DNA of 64,000 bases from an uncultured Acidobacteriota bacterium (GTDB lineage Bacteria; Acidobacteriota; Thermoanaerobaculia; Gp7-AA8): assembly GCA_963741955.1 (NCBI GenBank), contig CAVUKB010000005.1, forward strand, positions 576,001 through 640,000, read 5' to 3'. The position numbers and the translations under genes were made by a program. The notes beneath the pieces were generated by a model. It saw nothing but the letters and a program-made list of their open reading frames with translations, had not been told where the DNA came from and did no database searches. Positions 28,764 to 39,150 of the stretch are shown piece by piece; within the stretch, counting starts at the first letter, position 1, and every line of letters starts with the position of its first letter.

Positions 28764-29675
28764 CTACTTCTTGAAGACGTCCGCGAGCGTCTTCGCCGCG
28801 AGGATGTCCGCGAGCAGCGCGTACCGGGGCCCCTGCGGCTTGCTGTGGATGTTCGTCCCGAGGCCCACCGGGTGCGGGAGCTCGACCGGCTCGCCCTTGA
28901 GGAGCAGCTTGTACTTACCCTCGCCGGCGTCGCCGCCGAGGTACGGCTCGATCTTCGCCACCTCGCCGTAGTGGGTGATCGCGGAGAGGGGCGCCACGCG
29001 GTACATCGCGACGTACTTGATCTTCGGGAGGCTCGCGTCGCCGATGCGGATGGCCCACCACGCGCGCTGGCCGAGGAACGCCGACGCGAAGCCGTCGTCG
29101 CGCGCCGGGCACACGACGGTGTCGAAGGACGGCGGCGCGGGCGTCACGACCTCCTCGGTCTCCGCGACGGACGCGGGCGCCGCCGCGAAGAGGTTGTACC
29201 CGAGGACGGGCATGAGGATCTGCACGTTCTTCAGGAACAGCTCGAGCCCGCCGACGTCCTCGTCGGGGACGCTCGGCAGGTTCGGCGCGTTCCCGTTGTC
29301 GAGCGTGCACCAGCCAGCGGCGCGGAGGTCTGCGACGCAGCGGCTCTCGAGGAACTGGATGCCGGACTTCGTGAGCGAGCCGTCCGCGCTGAAGAAGACG
29401 ACGAGCGACGTCCACCAGTCCTTGCCGCCGAGGTGCGTCTTGATGCGGCTGCGGAAGCCGTCCGCCTCGCCGACGTAGACACGCGGCGCGCTCCCCGCGC
29501 CGCCCTGGTTCACGAGGAAGTAGAGGCACGGGCCGTCGAGCTCCTTGCGGGCCGCGAGCTCCTTCTCGACGTCCGCGCGCGGGACGCAGAACGCGCGGCC
29601 GCTCCACTGGTCGATGCGCGCCATGCGCGGGCCCGTGGGCCGGTCGTCGTGCAGCAGGTGGAGGATGAGCTTCAT
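28764..29675 (-). CDS. GIY-YIG nuclease with a distinct C-terminal domain
   Basis: PCLYFL...VYVGEA...RIKTH, FLESRCV, LDNGNAP; C-terminal DTVVCPAR...KYVAMYRVAPLSAITHYGEV. Confidence 0.75.
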   Translation of the reverse strand: MKLILHLLHDDRPTGPRMARIDQWSGRAFCVPRADVEKELAARKELDGPCLYFLVNQGGAGSAPRVYVGEADGFRSRIKTHLGGKDWWTSLVVFFSADGSLTKSGIQFLESRCVADLRAAGWCTLDNGNAPNLPSVPDEDVGGLELFLKNVQILMPVLGYNLFAAAPASVAETEEVVTPAPPSFDTVVCPARDDGFASAFLGQRAWWAIRIGDASLPKIKYVAMYRVAPLSAITHYGEVAKIEPYLGGDAGEGKYKLLLKGEPVELPHPVGLGTNIHSKPQGPRYALLADILAAKTLADVFKK

Positions 29676-29736
29676 TGCTCTTAGTATGTGCCGCCGCCGC
29701 AATTTACGGCAACGGCTGTGACCAGAAAGCGTGAAT

Positions 29737-30462
29737 TCAGTACTTCCACTCCGCGTGAGCAAGCGACGTCGCGTTCAGGATGCGACGAGTCTGCTTCCAC
29801 CGCGGAAGGAGTCGATCGATGAGCGCCAAAAACTGTTCATCGTGCCGGTGAAATCGCAAGTGTACGAGTTCATGCACGACGAGGTATTCAAGGCAACCTA
29901 CGGGTTTCTTTGCGAGTTCGAGGTTCAGCCAGATGCGCCGCGGTCCGACCGAGCACGCCCCCCACTTCGTCTTCATCCTCTTGATGCCGAATGCCTCCGC
30001 ATGCGCTCCTACCTTCCGCCCCCACTTCTTCAGTAGTGGGGGGAGGAGTGCGCGAAGCTGTTCGCGATACCACTCGTCGAGCAGTTCCCGTCGGCGCATC
30101 GCGTCGTCTCCGGGTCGTACGCGGATCTCCATCGTCTGCCCGCGGAGCGAGACTGCGCGCGGCGCATTCTCGACAACGACGCGCAACCGGTAGCGTCGAC
30201 CGAGGTAGTAGTGGGTCTCACCGCTCACCATCTCGCGCGCAGATTCCCGCGGTTGATTCTCAAAGCCCCGGCGCTGACGCTTGATCCATCCGAGTTTGCC
30301 AGCGACGGCCGCGCGAACGGCCGCATCCGACACCGTCACGGGCGCTGCGACTCGCACGCGTCCGTCGGGTGGATACACGCCCACGTGCAGGTTCTTGATG
30401 TCCTTTCGGACGACGGCGACGCTGATGCCGCCGATCGACAGCTGGTGGGTCCTAGTAGTCAT
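29737..30462 (-). CDS. YgjP/SprT-like M48 (DUF45) metal-dependent hydrolase
   Basis: IKRMKTKWGACS, EYLVVHELVHL; typical position after hsdR. Confidence 0.88.
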   Translation of the reverse strand: MTTRTHQLSIGGISVAVVRKDIKNLHVGVYPPDGRVRVAAPVTVSDAAVRAAVAGKLGWIKRQRRGFENQPRESAREMVSGETHYYLGRRYRLRVVVENAPRAVSLRGQTMEIRVRPGDDAMRRRELLDEWYREQLRALLPPLLKKWGRKVGAHAEAFGIKRMKTKWGACSVGPRRIWLNLELAKKPVGCLEYLVVHELVHLRFHRHDEQFLALIDRLLPRWKQTRRILNATSLAHAEWKY

Positions 30463-32925
30463 TCTGCGATTTCACGAGTTCCAGCGTTCGCTCGACGACT
30501 GCCGCGTCGTCGATGACCGCCTCGATCGCTCGGCGGACGAGCTTAATTTTGAGTGCATTCGTGCGCCACGAATCCTGCAAGTTTGCACGCACGGCGGCAT
30601 CAACTTTAAGCGCGAGCGCTTCGTCATTCCCCAGGTTGTCGAAAAGCGCGCGCTTCGCCGGACTATCAAGAGCGGGAGGATAGCTCCCGGCGGTGGGGCC
30701 GTTCTTCGCAGCGCGCGTCAGCTCCACAATGTTCTGCAGGTAGTCCGCGTAGCTGATCGCGTCCTTGCGGCGCTTCTGAATGAGCGCGTCGAGGAGATCC
30801 GACATCTTCTCGTAGTACTTCGGGTTGATCGGCGACTCGTCGATGATCAGCTTGCGGACGTTGTTCTCGATCGTCTCGGCGACAGCCTCTTGCTTCTTCT
30901 GAATGCCTGCCGGCAGCGCTTTAACCGCATCCGCGCCCCGCTCTACGATGAGCTCGACGAGCGAGAGATCGTCAAACGCAGAAATCTTCTCACTCTCCTC
31001 CGCGCGGATGTACGTGTCGATGAGGTGGCGCATCGCAGGCTCGTATTGCTTCAGGTCGATCGCGTCGCCGCTGTGAAGCTTCACCTGCGTCCGCAGATCT
31101 TCGTAGAAGCGAACTTCGTCCTTGATCGCCGACGCCTCTGCCTCCGTGAACCCCGCTTCCGCCATTTCATTCGCGATATTCGCGTACGCCCGCACGAGCG
31201 CCGCGGTCAGTTTGTAGAGGGTCAGACGCTGCGGCTCGTTCTCCTTGAGCTGCGCGGCGTTCCCGTGCTCCGCGGACGAGAAGTAGCGGTAGAACGCCTG
31301 GTCATCACGCGGCAGCTCCACGGGTTCGCAGAGCGCGCGGACTTGTTCCAGGGCGTCCTCGAGCCGTTCGCGCGCCTTCTCGACACGGTCCTCGAGGAGG
31401 CCTGCAACATCTTCCTTGTCATACCCATCGAGCGCGCCCGAGGTGTAGTCGCCAACGGCCCCTTCGAGGCTCTTGAAGAGGTCCTTGTAGTCGATGATGT
31501 AGCCGTACTCCTTGTCGTCGCCATCGAGCCGGTTCACGCGGCAGATCGCCTGGAAGAGCCCGTGATCCTGCATCTTCTTGTCGATGTAGAGGTAGGTCGC
31601 CGGCGGCGCGTCGAAGCCGGTGAGGAGCTTGTCCACGACGATGAGGAGCTTCATCTGCCCCGGCTCGTCGATGAACTTCTTCTTCACTTCCTTCTCGAAC
31701 TTCTCGACCTTGTTCACCGCGTCTTCGGGCGCCTCGTTGAACCACTCCGCGAGCATGGCGCGGTAGATCTCGTACTTCTCGATGTTGTCCGTCTGCCCCT
31801 CGCCGGTCTCTTCACCCTTGATCTCGGCGATGTTCGGAACGTACGACGTAACGATCGCGCACTTACCCGCAAGCGGCGACTTCGCAAACAGCTCGTAGAA
31901 CTTGCATGCCTCGTAGATACTCCCGGCGACGAGGAGCGCGTTGCCGTGGCCGCTCTGCAGCCGGTCGCGCATCTCCATGTCGAGGAGGATGTCGCCGACG
32001 ATCTTCTCGAGCCGCGACTGGCTGGAAAGTACTTTCTGGAGCGTTCCCCAGCGCGCCTTCAGCTGTGCCTTCGCAATCGGCGTGAGCCCCTTCGTCTTGG
32101 CCTCGAACCATAGATCGATCTTTTCCTGGGAGGTGATGCTCTGGTCAATGTCACGGGCCTCGTAGCGTAGATCCAAGACGACGCCGTCCTTCACGGCCTC
32201 GTCGAACTTGTAGGTGTGGATGTAGCGCCCAAAGATCTCGATGCTCCGCTTCTTGTCGGACTTCAGGAGCGGCGTGCCCGTGAAGCCGTAGAAGACCGCG
32301 CCCGGGAGGATCGTCTTCATCGCGTCATGGAGATCCCCCGACTGCGTGCGATGGCATTCGTCGACGAACACGAAGACGTTGCCCTTCGCCTTGAACCCCT
32401 TCGGGAGCGCGCGCTTCAGATCCTCGACGAAGCCCTTAATGTCGCCGACGCTCTCGCCATCTTCCTTGCCACCGAACTTGTGGATGAGCGAGCAGACAAG
32501 CCACGGGGTCGATTCGTTCAGTGACGCGATGAGGTCCGACCCGGACTTCGTGCGGTGGATGTGCTCATCCACGCCCTTGAAGACCTTCTCGATCTGCTCG
32601 TCGAGCTCCGTCCGGTCCGTGATGATGAGGACGCGCGAGTCCTGTACGTTCTCGCGAATCCACTTCGCGAGCCACACCATCGTGAGGCTCTTTCCGGAGC
32701 CCTGTGTGTGCCAGATGATGCCGCCCTCGCGGCGCTCGACGAAGTCCTGCGCGGCCCGCACGCCGAAGTACTGGTTATGTCGGCAGAGCTTCTTCACGCC
32801 TGCGTCGAAGACGATGAAGTCGTGGATGAGCTCCAGGAACCGGTGCTTCTCGCAGAGTTGGAGGAGGGCCTTGTCGAGGGGGTTCGCTTCCGCGCCTTCC
32901 TCCTTCCACGTGAGGTAGTACTTCT
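30452..32925 (-). pseudogene. hsdR: Type I restriction endonuclease subunit R, 5'-truncated at the ISL3
   Basis: WHTQGSGKS, VDECHR, GFTGTP, LLTGFDAP, QAICRVNR; reading frame begins at the IS end with no N-terminal nuclease domain. Confidence 0.88.
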
Positions 32926-34509
32926 GGATCTCCTAACAGGTGTGTAGCAGAGTTCATAGGCCGAGAGGATGGAATGCGATTGCTGACGTACAGAGGAACG
33001 CCATTGCGATCAGAGCTTCCGCGGTGTGAAAGCCGAAAGCGCGGTGACTGAGCATTCGGATCTTGTTGTTGCAGCCTTCAGCAACTGCATTCGTGAGTCG
33101 ATACTCGAAGTAACGGCGGATGCCAGGCCATTTCGCCGCGACGGTTCGCGCGAAGCGAACGAGGGGTTGAATGCGGCTATGAACCGCGGACTGATACCAG
33201 CGCTTGAACCGTCGATCAGCTTGGCGGACGGACGAGGAGTCATAGATGTCCTGAAAGGATTCCTTGACCAGGTAACTGCGAAAGAGGGTGTGATTCATCC
33301 GCGCGAGCTCCGAGAGTTTCGCCTCCTCGGCATCACGCAGGTTCCAGGGGTTCTTCAGGAGGACGAACCGAGTGGATTTGAGAGCGGAGCGCTCCTCGCC
33401 GGTGGCCTTTCGCATCTCGTCCCGCCTCACCTGATCGATCGCATTCCCGAGGAGTTGGACCACGTGGAACCGATCGAAAACGACCTCGGCGTTCGGCAGT
33501 CGGTCGCGAACAGCTTTCTCGAAGGCCGCGCTCATGTCGATGCTCACCAGACGGATTCGCGCGCAGCGCTCGGGGCCGAGCAGATCGAACAGCCCGTCGA
33601 GAACCTCTGCACTTTTACCCTTCGCCGCCCAGATCATCTGCCCGGTCTCGTGGTTCGTGACCACGGTCATGAACTTCTTCGGCCGCCCCCAGCAGATCTC
33701 GTCGATGCCGATCCGGGTCAGATTCTCGAGCGCGTTCGGGTCGCGTTTTTCGGCAACCACTCGAGCGGCGATCCGTCCGGCCGTGAGCCAGCTGACCTTG
33801 AAGTACGCCGAGACCGCGGTTTGATTGGATCGCTGCAGAAACCAGGCAAGCTCGTCTTCGAACGCGCGGGTGAACATCGAACCAGGCCGTGCCCACGGAA
33901 CCGCGGCCGTTCGCACCCCGCAGCGGCGGCAACGCACCCGCGGCAGATCCGCCCGCAGCATCACCCGGCATCCCCAGAGGCCGAGATGACGCCATTCGCG
34001 ATGCTTCATCACCGTTCCGTGAAGCTCGGGAGCAACCCGTCCGCACCCTCCGCACCGCGGACGTCTCCACGTTGGACTCACGTCGAGATAGAGACTCCGA
34101 GCTTCGAACCGAACCCCGCGAACCGTTACGTTTGCCATGTTGAGCAACTTCCGGAACAATGTCGTCAGGCGCACCGTGCCTGTCCTCCCCGTGTCTTGGT
34201 TTCATCGACTACAGACTACGGGAAATGGGCAGCACGGTTCGCCGATTCCAACCTGCTATCGCTGCTTCGATCTTCACCTCTCCACGAGCAGCGACTTTCG
34301 GGGCTCCTTCAGATCCTTCCGCGACGGCGGGGCAAGTTGTGGGAACGGCGGAAAACGCGGCGGCCGGGTGGCGGCGTTTTCCGCGGTTTCCACAACTTCG
34401 CTTTCCGAACGCTTCGGCGAACACCGACTTGCTCCTCGAAAACAGCCGCGTCGCCGTTCCTGCATGCCTCCGACAATCATTCCGCACCTACACACCTGTT
34501 AGGAGAACC
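32926..34509 (-). mobile_element. ISL3 family insertion sequence
   Basis: 22-bp TIR GGWTCTCCTAACAGGTGTGTAG at both ends; no target duplication visible. Confidence 0.9.
32954..34174 (-). CDS. ISL3 family transposase
   Basis: CGGC/CRRC zinc finger, IGIDE, VSIDMS, VFDRFHV, TNAVAEGCNNKI. Confidence 0.93.
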   Translation of the reverse strand: MRLTTLFRKLLNMANVTVRGVRFEARSLYLDVSPTWRRPRCGGCGRVAPELHGTVMKHREWRHLGLWGCRVMLRADLPRVRCRRCGVRTAAVPWARPGSMFTRAFEDELAWFLQRSNQTAVSAYFKVSWLTAGRIAARVVAEKRDPNALENLTRIGIDEICWGRPKKFMTVVTNHETGQMIWAAKGKSAEVLDGLFDLLGPERCARIRLVSIDMSAAFEKAVRDRLPNAEVVFDRFHVVQLLGNAIDQVRRDEMRKATGEERSALKSTRFVLLKNPWNLRDAEEAKLSELARMNHTLFRSYLVKESFQDIYDSSSVRQADRRFKRWYQSAVHSRIQPLVRFARTVAAKWPGIRRYFEYRLTNAVAEGCNNKIRMLSHRAFGFHTAEALIAMAFLCTSAIAFHPLGL

Positions 34510-34633
34510 CGTTTTTCTCTGCATCCAGCATCTTGCCCAGCTGTACAGAAAACTCGTCTCCAACGGTCGATACACCCCAATCCTCAGGGATGACACCCAC
34601 TTCCGTCAGCTTGTATCCGGTCCTCACTTCCAT
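34510..34633 (-). pseudogene. hsdS: Type I R-M specificity subunit, only ~41 N-terminal codons left
   Basis: MEVRTGYKLTEVGVIPEDW overlaps the hsdM stop and ends at the ISL3 terminus. Confidence 0.8.
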
Positions 34634-37050
34634 GATGCGCCCATGCGTTTCAGGTGTTCCTCGACGCGCGAAGCGAGAAATGCCACTTCATCAGTGAGCT
34701 GCGGCAGGGGGGAAGCGTAGCGTTCGGCCAGCTCTCGAATGCGGCCGGTCAGAGTCTGTGACACGCGGTCCAGCTCGCCCTGCACCTCCGCCGAGAGGCG
34801 CGTCATCCATTTGTCGTCCACCACCAGCGCCTTGATCTCGGCCTCGGTGAGCTTCGGATACTTCGAGTAGGTGAGCTTGTCGAGCACCGCTTCCTGCTCC
34901 TTCACGGCACGCTTGAACGTGACCTCACTCTCGGAGAGCTCTAGCCATCGCGTGAGCACGACTGCCTCGTCCTTCGCATCCTTGTCGCCTTTGATCTCCT
35001 TCAGCCTTGCGCTGACCTCGGCCTTCGCGATCTTGTCGAGCGAACCGAGGAAGCCATCTTCAGCGCCGTGTTCCTCCTCCAGCTCGGTGAGGCCGGCAGT
35101 GGCGGCTTCGAGCTCAGCCTGTTGCGCGTCGAGCGCGGCCTGTTCGCTCGCGAAGTAGCGCGCGACGACGAGCGCCTTCGGGATCAGATCGCAGGTCCAT
35201 CCCTTATCCTTCTGCTTGCCCTTCTTGTCCGTCACCACGCTGCGTGCAGTGCGCGCAGCCCAGCCGTCAGCGGCGATGAGATAGGCGTCGTCCTGCATGG
35301 TCTCGTTCCAGTAGTCCATGAGGTGCTGGTAGATGTCGTACGCGTCGAGCAGCGGCACATTCTTGAATCTGTCGAGCAGGCTCTCGGCGATCGTCTCGAT
35401 GAGTTCTTTCGGGTGGCCGTCCTTGCCGAAGGCCATGAGCTGCGGGGTGGTCGTCGCCCGCCATGCAGCGAAGCGCGCGCCTGCGGCCTTATTGAACGCG
35501 GCGAACTCCGAGTGCCCCAGGACAGCGGTCTTCACCTCGGTGAGCGGCACCTTGATTTCCACGTAGCCGGGGCGCCCGGCGGACTCGAAGAGTGCGGCAC
35601 GAATAGCGGGGAGCACGGTCCAATAGTCTGCCAGCGCATCGATGTCGCGCTCGGGGATGCCGCCGCGCAGGTGCGCATCGATGTTCTGCAGGTCCTCGGG
35701 CTCAGAGCTGTCGATGTAGCGCGGCAGGTTCAGGTTGTAGTCGTTCTTCGGATCGGCGATCTCATCGAGGGGAACCATGCGCGCGTAGCGCGGCACTTCA
35801 ACCTGGCGGGTGAAGGTGTCCACGATGCGGTGGATATCCTGCGCTCGCAGGCGATTCTTCGGCCCATCCTTCATAAAGCCCTTCGAGGCGTCGATCACGA
35901 AGATGCCCGTTCGCGAGGCCGCACCTTCCTTGTCGAGAACGACGATGCAGGCCGGGATGCCTGTTCCAAAGAAGAGATTCGGCGGGAGCCCGATGATCCC
36001 CTTGATGTAGCCGCGCCGCACGATCTCACGACGGATGTCGGCCTCGGTATTCCCGCGGAACAGGACGCCGTGCGGGAGAATGATCGCGCCCTTCCCGGTG
36101 CTCTTGAGGCTCGCGAGGAGGTGCAGGAGGAACGCGTAGTCGCCGTTCTTCACAGGCGGGATGCCGAGGGCGAAACGCGCGTAGAGATCGTTCGCAGGAT
36201 CAAGCCCGTTGCTCCACGCTTTGGTGGAGAACGGCGGATTCGCCACCGCGAAATCAAAGGTCTTCAGCTTCCCGGTCTTGGGTTCTGTGAAGTGCGGCGC
36301 CGAGAGCGTGTTGTCCTTCCAGATCTCACCCGTCGGGCAGTCGTGGAGGATGAGATTCATCCGTGCGAGAGCGGCGGTCGCGTTGTCGTTCTCCTGGCCG
36401 TAAACCGCGAGGTCGAACCCCGTCGAGCTCTTCGCTTCGTCGTGCGCTTTCAGGAGCAGGGACCCTGACCCGCACGTCGGATCGTAGATCGTCTGGCTCG
36501 CGTTCTTCGCGCTCCCGAGCCCGATCACCTTCGCCATGATCCGGGAGACCTCGGCGGGGGTGTAGAACTGCCCCTTGCTCTTGCCGCTCTCCGTCGCGAA
36601 GTGGCGCATGAGGTACTCGTAGGCGTCGCCGAGCAGATCGTCCCCGTCCGCACGATTCGCCCGGAAATCGAGATCGGGCTTGTCGAAGATGCCGATCAGA
36701 TTCGAGAGCCGATCGACCATGTCCTTGCCCTTGCCCAGCTTGTCCTCGTCGTTCCAGTCGGCGACGTCGATCACGCCCTTCAGGTCGTTCGTCTCGGCGA
36801 GCTTCGCGACGATCTTGTTCATCTTGTCGCCGATCTCTTTGTCGCCTTTCAGGGCGATCATGTCGGCGAAGCTTCCGCCCTTCGGGACATCGAGCAGGTA
36901 GTTCTTCTGGCTCGCGGCCTTGTCGGAGACGTACTTCACGAATAACAGGACGAGGACGTAGTCCTTGTACTGCGAGGCGTCCATCCCGCCGCGAAGCTCA
37001 TCGCAGGACTGCCAGATGGACGAGTAGAGTTGTGACTTTTTGAGTGGCAT
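34624..37050 (-). CDS. hsdM: Type I R-M methyltransferase subunit M
   Basis: GQFYTP, YDPTCGSGSLL, VANPPF, ILPHGVLFRG. Confidence 0.95.
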   Translation of the reverse strand: MPLKKSQLYSSIWQSCDELRGGMDASQYKDYVLVLLFVKYVSDKAASQKNYLLDVPKGGSFADMIALKGDKEIGDKMNKIVAKLAETNDLKGVIDVADWNDEDKLGKGKDMVDRLSNLIGIFDKPDLDFRANRADGDDLLGDAYEYLMRHFATESGKSKGQFYTPAEVSRIMAKVIGLGSAKNASQTIYDPTCGSGSLLLKAHDEAKSSTGFDLAVYGQENDNATAALARMNLILHDCPTGEIWKDNTLSAPHFTEPKTGKLKTFDFAVANPPFSTKAWSNGLDPANDLYARFALGIPPVKNGDYAFLLHLLASLKSTGKGAIILPHGVLFRGNTEADIRREIVRRGYIKGIIGLPPNLFFGTGIPACIVVLDKEGAASRTGIFVIDASKGFMKDGPKNRLRAQDIHRIVDTFTRQVEVPRYARMVPLDEIADPKNDYNLNLPRYIDSSEPEDLQNIDAHLRGGIPERDIDALADYWTVLPAIRAALFESAGRPGYVEIKVPLTEVKTAVLGHSEFAAFNKAAGARFAAWRATTTPQLMAFGKDGHPKELIETIAESLLDRFKNVPLLDAYDIYQHLMDYWNETMQDDAYLIAADGWAARTARSVVTDKKGKQKDKGWTCDLIPKALVVARYFASEQAALDAQQAELEAATAGLTELEEEHGAEDGFLGSLDKIAKAEVSARLKEIKGDKDAKDEAVVLTRWLELSESEVTFKRAVKEQEAVLDKLTYSKYPKLTEAEIKALVVDDKWMTRLSAEVQGELDRVSQTLTGRIRELAERYASPLPQLTDEVAFLASRVEEHLKRMGASWK

Positions 37051-37351
37051 GGGCGATTTATGAACCTCTACCTCCGCGGTCGGACGGCACTCGCGGTTCG
37101 TTCGGGACCGCCGGACGATCAGGAAGCGCTCCCACGCTCATGCTACCGAAAGGCACGGCTTCGCGATAGGCCAATCCTCGATCCACCCCCGCTTCGCCAT
37201 CTCCTTGCAGGGTTATCTCTTTGCCCATTTCGGCGTGAGGGAGGTGGATGGATCCGTGAACAGGGACCCGTCGCCGGAGGCCGGGCAAGTGAAAACGCGG
37301 GGCCTAACGGCCCCGCGTCTGGAGTTTGGCGTTTCTCGAGCAAGGCGCGAG

Positions 37352-38764
37352 CTACGAAGTGGCGTACTGGACAGCCATTTCGGGGGTGACAGCGGATTTC
37401 GAGCGCTTCAGGTGTCGTGCGACGGGGGTCTGGAAGTCGGTGAAATTGGGGGGTTCGAAGTTGCGGATGTGGCGAATGCAGGCGGATCGCATCGCGCGAA
37501 GGTACTGGCCGGTGGGTATTCGCCACTGATCGGGGATATCGTTGTCTCTCCACTTGGGCATCAGTTCGGGGGGCGCAGTGGAGCCGAGGCCGAAGCAATC
37601 GGCGGCAGCGAGGAGCATCATCGAGTAGACGGCTACGGCGAAAGCGGGCAGCGAGTCGACCGATCGCCGGTTGCGCACCTGCGCCTGGCCGACACCGAAG
37701 ATCTGCTTTTCGTCGCGGTGATTGACCTCGATATCCCAGCGGCGGAAGTAGGCTTGGACGAGCTCGACGAGCGAGAGTTTCAGGTCGGTACAGATCAGGA
37801 ACGCCGGTTTGCGATACAGCAGGCGTGATTTCTTGCGGAGCCGATAGCCCAGTGGCCGGATCACGACGAGCCGCAGAGGCAGTTCATAACCCGAAGTTTT
37901 CCAAAGCACGGGACCGATGGTCTTGATCGAACAGGCGTGTTCACGACCCGAGGCCCAGACTTGGACCTGTTGCCAGTCGATGGATTGGTCCACGCGGAGT
38001 TGATCGGGTGTTGGGGCCTGATCGCCATACCAGCGCTTGCGTCCGCGAAGCGGTTGAGAGTTTGGAGGAAAGAACAGCTTCGCGTCGCCTCGGATGCGAC
38101 CGATCAGGATCGTTCGTTCCGGCAAGTTCCGCAGAACCGTACGGTTGGTGTAACCGCCGTCAACCACCGGCATCAGCACGCGCTCGCTCGCTCCGAGCTG
38201 GTCAAAGTCCTTGCGAGTTTGGATCAGCAGACGCGTTGCACCGATGGAAAGATTCTGCTCTTTCTGCTGGCGACGATACTCGGCACGTTCCTGCTCGGTT
38301 GCTCCGGCCCCCGGGCGAACCGCCGGAGGCTGGTGATTGAACCGGATCGGGAAGCTGCGCGCCGGACCGGCAGACTGGCCAGTTAAAGGAACACTGATCG
38401 CAGCCTGAATGAACCGTTGGGCGCGGATCAAGTTCGTGTGGAAAGGCGGCGACATCGGATCGCGCTGATAACTCACGCCTGGGATCTTCATGCCCGTCTT
38501 GCGCAACTTCGTGTCATCCAGCGGCAGCACCAGCGGTGCGTCGAGCGGCAAGTACGCGAGCAGGTGTCGTTCGATGACTCTGAACATCTCGCTCACATCG
38601 AACCGACCCTCCGAGAAAACGCGATAGTCTGCCGACCAGTCCTGCTGCGGATCGCGGCCTGCTTCAATCATTCCGCTTACCGTGTGTCGCCCGGTGCAGT
38701 TGAGCAGGCCGATGGCCAACCCACGAACCCGCTGAAGCACCCGAGCATCACAGGATCCATTCAA
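37352..38764 (-). CDS. DDE transposase (IS4/IS701-like)
   Basis: LDDTKL, VVDGGY, YFRRWDIEVNHRDEK (YREK-type motif). Confidence 0.85.
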   Translation of the reverse strand: MNGSCDARVLQRVRGLAIGLLNCTGRHTVSGMIEAGRDPQQDWSADYRVFSEGRFDVSEMFRVIERHLLAYLPLDAPLVLPLDDTKLRKTGMKIPGVSYQRDPMSPPFHTNLIRAQRFIQAAISVPLTGQSAGPARSFPIRFNHQPPAVRPGAGATEQERAEYRRQQKEQNLSIGATRLLIQTRKDFDQLGASERVLMPVVDGGYTNRTVLRNLPERTILIGRIRGDAKLFFPPNSQPLRGRKRWYGDQAPTPDQLRVDQSIDWQQVQVWASGREHACSIKTIGPVLWKTSGYELPLRLVVIRPLGYRLRKKSRLLYRKPAFLICTDLKLSLVELVQAYFRRWDIEVNHRDEKQIFGVGQAQVRNRRSVDSLPAFAVAVYSMMLLAAADCFGLGSTAPPELMPKWRDNDIPDQWRIPTGQYLRAMRSACIRHIRNFEPPNFTDFQTPVARHLKRSKSAVTPEMAVQYATS

Positions 38765-38804
38765 TTCGTCGAAGATCGCGTTGAATGAGCGAAGAAGATT
38801 TCGA

Positions 38805-39014
38805 TCAGCGTTTTTTTTTGACCCGCTTCGCTTCGACGGTTCCGGTCGGATCCTTTGCCCGCTTGAGGATCAGCGTTCGCTTGTCCTCGATGACCCATTC
38901 GACGATCTCACCGCGAATGAATTCACAAGCTTGGGCCACGGCCGCGGGAAGGTTCACGTACCACTGCCTGCTCTTTGCACGAGCGATCAGCTGCACTTTG
39001 GTTGGAAATCCCAT
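38805..39014 (-). CDS. Small AbrB/MazE-like DNA-binding ORF inside the IS
   Basis: AGGAGG RBS; TKVQ...QWYVNLPAAVAQACEFIRGEIVEW swapped-hairpin pattern. Confidence 0.65.
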   Translation of the reverse strand: MGFPTKVQLIARAKSRQWYVNLPAAVAQACEFIRGEIVEWVIEDKRTLILKRAKDPTGTVEAKRVKKKR

Positions 39015-39150
39015 GGTGACCTCCTTCTGGTCTAGTGATATAACTAGATACCACGGGACGAAAAAAAAGTCCAGAATTCCTGGACTTCCGCCCAACGACT
39101 CCGAGTTCCGCCAAACTCCAGACGCGGGGCCTAACGGCCCCGCGTGAGAA

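Larger units (their letters stand above)
37319..39121 (-). mobile_element. IS4-superfamily (IS701-like) insertion sequence with two ORFs
   Basis: TIR CTGGAGTTTGGCG; flanked by the 24-bp direct repeat ACGCGGGGCCTAACGGCCCCGCGT (37295-37318, 39122-39145). Confidence 0.85.

Noticed and set aside
37058-37288. 76-aa ORF upstream of hsdM
   Set aside because: No motif or RBS support; probably promoter or intergenic sequence
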